A stretch of DNA of 64,000 bases from Gnetum montanum (taxonomy: Eukaryota; Plantae; Gnetophyta). The notes beneath the pieces are model-generated. The model saw only the letters and a list, made by a program, of their open reading frames with translations, did not search any database and was not told where the DNA came from. The number at the start of each line of letters is the position of its first letter. The first letter of the stretch is position 1. Position numbers and translations under genes: made by a program. Below, piece by piece: positions 14,201 through 26,200 of the stretch. The stretch is taken from contig MNCI01000520.1 in NCBI GenBank assembly GCA_015680685.1, positions 479,731-543,730 on the forward strand. The letters are read 5' to 3'.

Positions 14201-17200
14201 TCTTCAGCAGAATATCACCCTATCAATCTCTACAACTACATTGTCAAATTCTTCTCATCTTTGCTAGTTTTAGCCTCTCCTCCTAGATATCATTGAGCTT
14301 GATTAGTTCATATTTATCCTTGGAAGGAACATTGTAGATAGTGTTATTGCAGCCCACCAAGGAGTTTATTAGGCTTGTGCCCATATACAAGCAATATGTG
14401 TCCTCAAGATTGACCTTGCCAAGGCATATGACAAGGCAGATTGGAAGACCTTGTTGGGCTTTGGTGAGTGGTTTCAAAATTTTGTCAAGTATTCCTATGT
14501 ATGCCATGTTTGTTTTGGCTTCCTTGATTAGTGTTCTTGACAAGATTGATGGAATCATCCATAGCTTCCTTTGGCGGGGCTTTGAGGACTAAATTTGGTT
14601 CCACCTAGTGAGATGGGAGTTGGCAGATTATCTTAATGGTGTAGGGGTTTGTGGCCTTTGCTTGATGAAAGACTAAGGCTGCATTTTTGCAGCAAAGTTG
14701 GCTTTTGAGTCTTCATCAAATAAACCTTGTGTTAGATGTGCTACCCATAAATACAACTTACTTGACTTGACATCTTTGTTCTCCTTGGTGGTGTGGAGAT
14801 CCATTTGGTGACATTGGTGTTTTTTGCATTCTTTGGGATCATGGTATCTTGGCATGGGGGATGTTGGGTTTGCTTCATTGCCAAGGGGTTCTAGGTTAGC
14901 TATTTGTTTAGGTGACCTTTTCTTGGAGGTGACTTAGCTTCTCAAGTGGCTTGGTATCGTCATGGTTGGCCATCTCGGTCTTGTAGGTGTGTGGTTCCTT
15001 CCTTTGGCTACCTTTTTTTTTATTTGTTTTGGGGTTAGGGAATTTTTTTGTGGGGGGGAGGACGCAACCTAGTTGCAAGGTTTCTTGTCTACCCTATCTT
15101 GGTGATACACTCAACGAGGGTGGTGATGAGTGGCGAGAGTTCCCAATGTTCAACCATACAAATCATAAACGTACATGCACGACCAAATTGTAATTTGTGG
15201 ATGGAATTATATAATGATACTAGCAAGTTGATGATAAGTTCATGATCATTGACTTTTCACCAGAGTTAGTGAGGTTAAAAATGTATGGTTTAATTGTAAG
15301 TGAGATATATAATTATCTGAAGTTGAATTGCTCTTAAGAGTACTAAGGTGAAACATAGTGAATTGAATGTAAATTTTATTAACTAAGAACAATGTAAATG
15401 TAAAACTATTCTAGCCTAATGACAATAAGTATTTGTTCCCAACTTGTCGGATATGCCTTAGGCTGATATAATTGTTATTGGGATTACCAAGTGACTAGCT
15501 ATTATATGAATCAAGCTTAGCCACCACTGGGTTACCAAATGATTATATGTGTGCTTGAAATTGGTCATACTTACTTCACCAATTAACTAATAAACATTGA
15601 AATGTAAATGACATCAGAAATGCATAATAAAGAAAATCTAATCTAAGTGATATGCTACAATGATGAAAAAAAATCTTGATTGTTATTGCTGGTCATGGAA
15701 TGTGTCCAAGTATAATCCACTTGAATAAAGATGTCGTATAACTATTAATTACCACACTACAAGCATTCACAACAAACTCTAACTTAATGAAAACAAACTG
15801 TAAGAATTTCTCTAAGTGTTGGATGAAAAGGTAAGTTTGACATGATGGTGAGCTCATATTTATAGGCATGACGATGTCCTACTATATCACATCTACGACA
15901 TCGTATGTTGAGCTACAATATCGTATCTATGACATTGTAGATATGATATCACAACCTTTTACAATAATGTTGTTTATTATACCTCCATGACTGACTAGAA
16001 ACTCATTATCAAGTTAAAACAAAAAGAGGATAGATTTGTTACAAAAATGTGGGGTCTTATAGACTCACTGACACATTCTTATACACATGACACAACTAAC
16101 TGATTTTGAATGTTGCATCTTAATTCAAGTCGTCATCGTCATTGTCATCATCATCATCCTAGCCTTGTCCAAACAAAATGGTGTTGGCTACATGAGTTCT
16201 CCTTGGTCTACTTTTCACAAAATCTGAGCAACAATGTTGCGTGTTGTTTCTAGAGGATGCTCTAGCAAGCCCTTGCCCATTTTTCATAACAACTAGGCCT
16301 TGTGATTGCTATGCATCGCATCTAGGGAATGGGGTTAGCTACATGAGTTTTCGCTTGTCTACTTTTCATAAAATCTAGGTGATGATGTTGCGTGTTGTTT
16401 CTAGAGGTTGCTCTAGCAAGCCCTTGCCCATTTTCCATAGCAATTGGGCCTTTTGACTGCTGTGCATCGTAGCTAGGGAATGTTCTAGCACTTGCAAAAA
16501 ATTTGGAGATTGGAATCAAACCCACAATGTCTGAGTTACACATGGTACAACTGATTGACTTTGAGTGCTGCATCTTAATTCAAGTGAGTTACAAAAATAT
16601 CATGCAAAGCATGATTGACAACAAACTTTACAATTTGAAATTTAAAACAAAAATCAAGCTTTATGTGGTCTTCAAAAATTGTTGTTGCACCTCTTTATGT
16701 TGTTCTTAGTGGTGGTGGCTCCTATTGCATTGGTTGCTCCTTGGGTTGCTTTCCTTTGTCATTAGGCTTCTTAAATTGATATTGACTCAACAAGGGTCTT
16801 AGCTTTTCTTCTTTTTTCCTAGGATCATGAACTGTCCATGCCACTTTGGCAATGTTTTTTGACATTGGTACCTCCCAAGGACACGACAACTGTGGAAACA
16901 ATTTATTTGTCTTTACATACCTTGCTATAAACCAGGTCCTTTCAACCTCAAAAGCCTTAGATAGTTTTTGTAGTTCTTGATAATCAGTCATTCTCCTAGC
17001 CAAGTTTGCTACTACATCCTTTTGGTCTCGAAAATTGGCCTTTATCACCTAGAGTTTGGAATTGCCAACATGCAGCTTCTGCTGAGCATCCAATGTATCT
17101 ACAAAGTTCTTTTTATACATTGGATACATTATGCCCAGTTGTTCCAATTTAGTCATAGGTCTACTTGCAGTCAACATGGCTAAATTGGCATAGCACACAT

Positions 17201-20200
17201 TTGCCAAGTCCATAAATTCTATCAAATCTTGGATTTGTAGGTCGTTGTTCTTAAGCTTTGTTTGATGTATTAAGGTGAGGCTATCTAGGATAGGCTGCCA
17301 ATTTGGCAACTGTTGCATTGCTAAATTGATTTTAGCTTTAGCCATATGGATTTCCCTCTCATTAACTTGTTTATACATCTCAACCTAATCTGTAAAATGT
17401 TCTTTGAGCTTTTTATGTTTCTTGGCCTTGTTTTGCATGCACTAATTTCAATGGTAGACTCTTGACATATTGCATGTACTTCCTCCATTGATAAGGTCCT
17501 ATTTTCCTAGGTCAAATATTTGATGTCCAAGTTGACACGAGTGAACTGCTTCCTTAGTTGATTGATGCTCTCTTTAGGAGTGTGCTTCTCTTTTTCAACA
17601 TTGGTTAACCTTAATTTCTCAACAACAATCTTTTTATTCTCCTCTTCTAGTGCAACAATGGCTTTTGCATGAACATAGGTTTGTGTATTAGCAATTGATG
17701 CATTCCATGTTGCTTTCTCTTTCTCCATCTCAAGTTGCTTTTGTCTAGTCATCAATTGGTTCATGTGATCATCTCTAAACTGTTGTAATTATTATAGTGC
17801 TACATATATTTCAAGGTCTTGCCTCTCAATTCAAAATTGAGCTCAGTACTCTTGTAGTCTCTGTATTTCTGCCTTAGCATGTTGCATTTTGGTCTTAGCA
17901 ATGATCAACTTCTCTTTGATTGAGATTAGTTCATATTGAATTGTAGTGATATTGTTGGGGATGTCAAAAAGGTCTTGCATGACTTGTCCTATCTGCACTA
18001 GTCCGTGAAGGGCATCTTTATGTTCTTCTGGAGACATTAATTTCTTTCCTTTGCCCTTATCTTTCCCTAATGTTCTTGCTAGAGTTTGAACATCTTTGGC
18101 TCTTGAAATATTAGATGGTGGCACAATAGGAACATGAAAGGATTCCTTTATGTGATCAGTAATTGTCTCCATTGCTTCTTGGGCATCCTTGTGTTGCATC
18201 ACCACTACCATGGCTCAATCTCTTGACTCTAATGTCATTTGGAAGGATGCATTGGCCCCTGAGACTTTTTGTCATCTTCTTCAGCCTACAAAAAAATTTG
18301 ATTGCTAGTCGGTCTGGTCCATATTGCAGGGCAACTAGAGTTTTGTCTAATCCTGTACATACTAGAGACTTCTCTACTACCCTAGCTTACAGTTTTGGCA
18401 ATTTGTTGTAAATGGCTCATAATAGGACTATAATTTCTTCATTGAGTGGATGAAACATTGGGTCTTGCTCTTTTTGCTACTAGAGTTGATCCACTAGGTC
18501 CTACTTGTTTTGTTCTTGTGGTTGGAATGTTGGCCATGGTATTGATCATGCTGCAGCCTCAATGCTCAATGGCTTCTCCACTAGATCTTTCTTTGGAGGC
18601 ATTGGCTTGGATATTTTAGCGTAAGATGCATTTTGGGCTTTTCTAAGTTCATCATTAGTGTATTCCAAAATGCTTGCATGTCTGCACAGTTTTCTGATTA
18701 GGCAGGGAAATGGAAGTGTAGCCTTCCCTATTTTTATTTTTTCAAATCTTTGTTGGATTTTCAGAAATAGCAAATGAGCCATATTAGCTTGGAACTTTGC
18801 CATCAAAATAGTGCTTCCCTTAGCAGCATATGTTGAAATTCGGTACAGCCTCTTGGTGGGGAAAATATGATATGTTGTAATTTTGAAATAAATGTTCTCA
18901 GTTGTGGACAATTCATTATACTTCTTCTTAGTTGTCCCATAGACTCTTTGCAACCAAAGGTTTCTTGCATTTGTGTTAGACTTCGTAGAAATTTGGGTGA
19001 TGTTGGCTTTAAAATTTGGTAAATTGAGAGCCTTGGCAATGGCATTAACTAAACAAGGCATTGTTATGCTCTCAATTTTGATTTTCACATCATCTTGCCT
19101 ATTGTGCCAAAATTGATATGTCTCTCTAAGGTACCATTTACTATTGCTAGATAGTGTGGGCCAAAAGGGTGATGTTTTCAACTACTCACAAACTTCCGTA
19201 GGCATAAACTCCATTATAGGACCAAAATTCAATTTCACAATGACTATGGACATGATTGGTTTTTCATTGATTGCTTAGATATAGTCATGCAAGTGTGAGC
19301 TCTTGGCCTGGTTTTGGAGTAGGAGGTTTTATAGCTTCTGCTTGTGTGGAGTGCCCCGTTGGTGGTGTTGGCTGTAGAATCAAATGAGGTTGATTTTCCT
19401 ACTCTTCAGTAGAGGGTTTGTTCTCCTCCTTGTCCTTTGCCTCTTCCTCTTGGTCTGTTCTCTCTAGTAGGTTGTGATGGTCCTCCAGCTTCAAGGACTC
19501 TTTTTGGCAGCTTCAATGTCCTTAGTTTGCCTTTGCGAGGCACCATTCACTATTGCTAGATAGTGTGGTCCAAAAGGATGATGTTTGTAATTGTTCATGA
19601 ACTTCTGCAATTTAAAACTCCATAAAAGAACTAAAATTCAATTCCACAATGAATGTGGACATGATTGATTTTTCACAAATTGCCTGGATACAATCATATG
19701 CAAATGTGAGTTGTTGGTTTGGTTCTAGAGCAGGAGGAGGTTTTGCAGCTTTTGCTTGTGTGGATTGTCCTACTGGTGGTGTTGGCTGGAGGATCAAATA
19801 AGATTGAGCTGCTCTTCAGTAGCGGGTTGTTCTCCTGTTTGTCCTTTGCCTCTTCATTTTGGTCTCTTCTTTCTAGGTTACGACAGTCCTCCAGCTTTAG
19901 GAACTCTTTTTGGCAACATTTGCAATCACAGAACTTTGACTATCCAAAAATTCTGAAAAAAATTTCTACTTGCTCGTACCCTCTCATCAGATTTTGGATT
20001 TTGATTAGAATTGTAAAATATGTTCAATTTTTTAAAATTAGGATTGCAAAGTTGGAATTTCATCAATTTTGGAAAAAAGCCCCAATTTCAAGAGTTTGCC
20101 GAAATTTAAAAATGTTTGCAAGATTAATAATCCTATTGCTTAACCTAGATCTATTAATTGTGAATTGTGAAACGTTCCTAGGAGAAAGATCTTAAGTTCA

Positions 20201-23200
20201 TTGGTGTGAATCCGATTTAAAAATTTTAAAAAATTTATTCCTAGAAGTCATAATGAAACTATTAGATCATTGTTCTTCTTGTATTTCTATAGTCCAAGTG
20301 TTGGCAGGAATTTCCCAAAATTTATGCAAGTGTTTCCCCCACGATAGAGAAGCTTGCTGTGGGAGCTTAAGGATTCAAACAGAATTGAAATTTGGTTTGG
20401 GACATGGAACATGTGGCTCTTGGAAAATGTTATGTCTAGAAAATGACATGTAATCTGCTTGTGTTTTGGCAAAAATGAAAAATTTTCCTAATGGTTGGTG
20501 CCTATATATAGTTTTTTATAATGGCGATATTGTATATATGGTATCATAGGTGATGCGAACCCCATGGAACGTGGTGGATCAGCAATGGAGGCCACATATC
20601 TAGTAATAGTAAATAGGACCTGTGATCTCTCTCTTTCTGGTATTGCTCCTCTTCTTTGGATAGCTGTTGCAGTGTGACCAAGACCTCATGTTCCTCTTCC
20701 TTCAGCAATTCCCCAATTTCTTGTCAAGCTTGGATATCAAATAGTCTTTGTTGCAGTGCCGTGCGGGAAGCCTTGAAAAAATGTCTGACATTTTCATGCT
20801 TTGTATATCCTTTTTGAGGTGAGTGAGCCTATGTTTCAGGAAGTCCCTTGGGTTAGTCTGCAAGGGGTAATCACCCTAGATGTCCATCACTAGCTTATGT
20901 AGCTAGTGTTTCGTCAACCATGATCGTTTGAATCTAAATGGCACAGACCCTAGTTTGTTCGGTTGGTGAACCATACAAATCAAAGCTTGGTGATCGGATG
21001 CTCGTCGCTTGTGGCTAGTAATAGAGACCTCATGGTGAAGAAGAATTTCTGTACTAACCCAGACTTTATCAATCCTTACATCACAAAGACATGCCCTTTT
21101 CTTCTGTTACTTCAGGTGAAAAGGCATCTCTTGACATCAACGTCGACCAAGTCAAAGGTTTGGAGGAATTGTAGGAACTCTTGACTACATGGAGGAGGTT
21201 CGATGTATCCCCCAGTCTTTTCCCAAGCATACAGGTGCTAGTTAAAGTCTCCAATTAACATCTAGGCGTAGGGATGTAGGACATGCCCAACAATTCTACA
21301 GAGCTCCTGTAACCAATAGCCATAATTCTAGGGGCCATAGTAAGTTGTAATCCAGATTCGTTGCGGTGGCAAAAACACCGTAAGGCTCTTGGTAGGCTCA
21401 TCAACGATATCAAAACATGTGTGGGAGAGGCTGGCCAACCCTCCTACCCTACCATGGCAATCCACAAAATGGGAATACCACCCTTGCCAATGTAGAGAGT
21501 TACAATGTATGGTGTGTAGCTTAGTCTCCTGGAGGCACACCATGTCACAACCTTCATCTCACACTAATTCTTTCAAGGTACTTATTTTGTAGGGGTACCC
21601 TATCCCCTACAGTTCCATGACAAGATCTTCATGGTCTATTGGTGGATCTTTTTTTGTACATCCCTTTGAGAGTTGTTTGAGATCCCAAATTAATATCTTG
21701 TTGTGTCTTTTTATTCTATGTTTCTTGTCTCGTTGGTGTCCCCACCTTCTAGGATCTTGTGGAAATTGTAAAGCCCTAATCCTCTTACATTAGGATCTTG
21801 CGAGCAATTGGCTCAAATGGCAGGAGAGTCGACCTAGGCGCTGTCGACAGTCATCCTCCAAGAGGCAGAAGATTCCCACTAACAGGGTTGGTGTGTAGAG
21901 GATTGGAATACTTGCAGCAACAAGAGTGGGAGGCAGAGGGGAGGCGTCCCTCTCCTTGTCACCACTAGATCTATGCCTGGGACCCTCCGCAACAGGTTTA
22001 GGTGGAGAAACAATTGGGGAGACTTGACCCTTTTTCCTCACTAGCAACTAGCCATCCATATTTGTTTTGTTCTTAGGCCCATATGCCTTGGTGCAAATTC
22101 TACAATCCTTTGTGGTGTGGTTGCCCTTGCCAGAAATATCACGAGACCCAGGGGCTCTCTTATGGACCTGGGCCTATTTGTCCGAGGGGACATTCTCATA
22201 TTCTACATGTAGTTTTTCCTTCCTAGAGAGATCTAGGATGACCTTTTTAGTAGATTGTTTGGGGATAACGATCTTCAAACACAAAATCTTGTGTAACTCA
22301 TCCATTTCTTCGATGTCGTGAATTTGTCGAAGAAGATGAAATTGCCAAAGAGGCTTGCAAACGTTTTTAGGAAATTAGCCGTCCAAATCTCCTAGGGCAT
22401 CCTTGATCCAAATGGGAGCCCTCAAGAAGAGATTGGGGTTCCTATGCATGCTAGGCCGCTAATGAGTCAGGGCTAAACCCATGGCTCTAAAGAACCACGA
22501 TCTCCCTCAACAAACTTGATCCTACTCCTCTAGACTTTGAAAGACGAGCAAGAGATCCCTAGCAAGCAACCTAACTTGCACATCAGTCGTCCCCCATGAG
22601 GCCATGACCCAACGCTTAACCAAATCCAATCTTGGCCTAGCCTCGAAGGAGACAAACTTTCAAATAAGACTCAACTCCATGGTGCATAGCCCATCTGGTG
22701 ATGGAGCCTTCACCTACAGCTGTAATGTCCCTCTAGAACAAGAGGCAGACTCAATACCGCCAACCCTCGAGACCTAGCTGCCAATAGGACCACCACTAGT
22801 AGCATTGTGGCCCTCATTTGTCAAAGCCTTCTGCTCCAAAACCCCACTTGATGTGACATCCTTGTCAATCCCCCCCAATGCACCTTTCATCACCTTGCCC
22901 CCCTCATCTTCAGAGCGCACCCCCCCCCCCCCCCCCCTCCAACCCCGCTCCTGGACTCACCACGTCGGTTAAGTGGTCCTTTGCTTGTCCGTCCTCCCAT
23001 GCTTCGGTCCTCACCATTGTTACACACTTCTTGCTCCTCCCTACCTCCACCCATTCTTCCAAGTTCTCACTTACACATATATGCCGATGTCATATATATC
23101 TCTATAAACAATGTTGTCAATCATGCTTCGTATAATTTTTTTTAACTCACTCAACATTACTGTAAAAGGCTGTGATATTGTATCTATGATGTCATAGATA

Positions 23201-26200
23201 CGATATCGTAGCTCAACCATGATGTCATAGATACAATATCGTAGCTCAACATATGATGTTGTAGATGCAATATAGTGGACCATTGTTATGCCTATAAATG
23301 CAAGCCCACCATTGTGTCAAACTTACCTTTTGGTCCAACACTTAGTGAAATTCTTGCAGTTTGTTTTCATGAAGTTAGAGTTAGTTGTGAGTACTCACAC
23401 ACTTGGTGAAATTCTTTCAATTTGTTTTCATGAAGTTAGAGTTAGTTGTGAGTACCTACAGTGTGGTGATTAATAGTTGTACGACATCTAGATTCGAGTG
23501 GATTGTACTTGGACACATTCCATGATCAACAATAAAGATCAAGATTGTTTTTTATCATTGCAGCATTTCACTTAAATTAGATTTACTCATGCAATTTATA
23601 TTTTTGATGTTATTTACATTTTAGTGTTTGTTAGTTAATTGGCAGAATAAGAACAACTGATTTTGAGTGCACAAATATAATCATTTGGTAACCCAATAGT
23701 GGCTAAGCTTGATTCGCTCAATAGCTAGTCACTTGGTAATGTCAATAACGGTTATATTAGCCCAAGGCTTGTTTGGCAAGTCAAGAATGGATACTGATAG
23801 TTGTTATGCTAGAATAGCTTTATGTTTACATTGTTCTTAGTTAATAGAATTTGTGTTCGATTCACTATGTTTCACCTTGGTACTCTAAGAGCCATTCAAC
23901 ATTAGATAATCATGTACCTCACTTAAAGTTAAACCATAAATTTTGAACCTTGTTAACTCTGGTGAGAAGATAATGATCATGAACTTATCATTAGCTTGTT
24001 GGGATCCTTGTATTGTTCCATCCACGAATTATGATATAGTTACGCATGTACACTTGTGACTTGTGTGGTTGGGCGTTGAGAACTCTTGCCGCTCATCATT
24101 AGGGTCATGCCTATAAATAAGAGCCTATTGTTGTGTCAAACTTACCACTGATTTTGGAAGGTTTGGAATAGGAGCAATCGAGCAACAGCAGGAGCAACAA
24201 CAACAACAGGAGTAGCAACAACAACAGGAGCAGCAACCGCAACAGGAGCAACAGCGACAAGAAGAGCCCCAACGCCAGGCGTAGCCACAGGAGCTGCTGC
24301 CGGGGAAGGAACCCGAGCCGCCACAAACTCAACAGGAGCTGGTGCGGGACCCTGAACGGTCAGCCAACGAGGGGCAACACCCTCATGGTGACCATGCCTT
24401 GGCCGACGGTTGGGGGGGGGGGCGGTGCCCGGAGGCAGCATTGAGGCCCACTCCAGGGCCGAGGACACCCTGCACCTTTGGGTTACCCAACCCCCTCTTG
24501 AGGGGGTCCACACAATGCAACGGAGCCTTATCGGCCACTTTGTCTCGTGGGGCACACGTCCGCTACTGGACCTCATCTGGCGTTGGGCCCAGGAGCAGTG
24601 GCAGGTGGGGGAAGTCGGGGTCCGCAGCCTGTTTGCGGACCTCCTTTTGTTTATTTTTCCCTCCCGGCAAACCAGGGATTCGGTTTTGCTGGGAGGCTCG
24701 TGGTTCTATGGAGCGAGGGGTTTGGCGCTGACCCCATGGCACCCCAGGGCCCATCGTGAGGCCGACTTGTTTTCTAGAGCCCCGGTTTGGATGCGAGTTT
24801 CTAGGATCCCCTAGGAACTTTGGAACCTGGGTTTCCTGCAGCAAATCGTAGGATTCTTTGGCGAATTCATTGCCTTCGACCGGGTTACACAATCAATGGA
24901 ATGCATGGGCTTTGCCCATTTCTACGTTTGGCATCGGTTGGCGGAGAAGGACCTTATTCGTGAGGTTGTCTTGGAACTCTCCGGGAGGGAAGAAAAACTC
25001 TAGGTTGAGTTCGAAAACCTGGAGGCGGCGGCAGGCCCCAAACGTGGTCCTGCGACCTAGGGAAACCACACAACCAGTTGCATGCGCTGCGGAAAACCCG
25101 GCCATCAGGAAGCGGCCTGTCGGGTGCGGGGGCAGTGTCCACGGCTGCAGAGACCAAGGGCCCAGGCTAGACAGCTGTTCGAAGGGGGCGAATGGGTCAC
25201 CATGGGCCGCAAGGGCCAGATACACCTGACCTCCAACACATTGCCCCCCCAAAGCCCCCCAGAAGCTGCGCCCCCAAAGACCCCCTAGAAGCTGCGCCCC
25301 CAAAGCCCCCCCCAAAGGTGCCCCCCTTCCCCGCCCACCCCCTCCACCCTCTCCAACCTCCCGCACAGTNNNNNCATCCCTCCACCTCTTTCCATAACCC
25401 ACAACACCACCACAGACCCCTCCCGAACCCCCATGTTGCCATTACCCACCACCCCAAGAGAAATCGAGATCCAACTCCCCCCCTTGGCGAATGGGTTAAT
25501 GTGGTGCGGGGGAGCTCCAAACCCCGTAGGCCCCGTAGGCACCAGGGGCCAGCAACCACACCCGAAGAACCTGGATGCAGCCCGGTGACGCATAGTAGCG
25601 AAGGCCGCCCCGAGCAGCCGAACGAGAATCGAGCCAGAGATAAGTAGACCTAGCGGAACATCGACATGGGGCTCCAACAGACCCTTCGGGAGGTTTACCA
25701 GCGCCGCACCCCCAGTCACCCATGAAGTTGCTCAGTTGGAATTGCAGGGGACAGGGTACCCCCTACAAAAGAAATACCCTACGCAGAATTGTTCGAGATG
25801 AAGATTGTGATATTGTTTGTCTCCAGGAGACCAAGCTGCAGGCAACGGAGTTGCACTTCCTCCACTGGGAAGGGTGGACCATCCACGTGCACCCTTGCTT
25901 AGGCCGAGCCGGTGGCCTCACCATCCTGGCTTGCTACGCCATGAATCTCACAGATGCATCGTAGTGGGCCATCACTGCCCAGCTCCCCTCACAAGGGGTC
26001 TGGTTGACTAATTTTTACGGGGCATAGAACTGGGAGCAGCGGTTACACGAGTTGGCCCGAGTGGCGGCGCTGATTCTAGACCATCGATCGTGGATAGTGG
26101 TGGGGAACTTCAACCAACGCCTCCACCCTTGGGAGAAGTCTGGGGGGGCTACCCCCCCTCCACCGGGAGAGACTGAATTCCAGACTTTTCTGGCAACCTT

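Larger units (their letters stand above)
15124..20545 (-). mobile_element. Athila-like Ty3/gypsy fragment: 3' LTR plus internal accessory-ORF region, truncated at its 5' side
   Basis: LTR terminus TGATGAG at 15124 is shared with the copy at 59384 and the inverted copy ending at 24098. The PPT-adjacent motif at 15980 matches that at 60251. A decayed minus-strand ORF follows. Confidence 0.7.

Noticed and set aside
15124-24098. One element bounded by long terminal inverted repeats (DIRS- or Mutator-like)
   Set aside because: The repeats are LTRs of an Athila-like family with a PPT-adjacent motif and a further copy at 59384. I found no shared TSD and no transposase or recombinase.
24111-24332. 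Poly-Leu, membrane-like minus-strand ORF
   Set aside because: It is the antisense reading of the Q/E-rich CAA/CAG repeats at the L1 ORF1 start.
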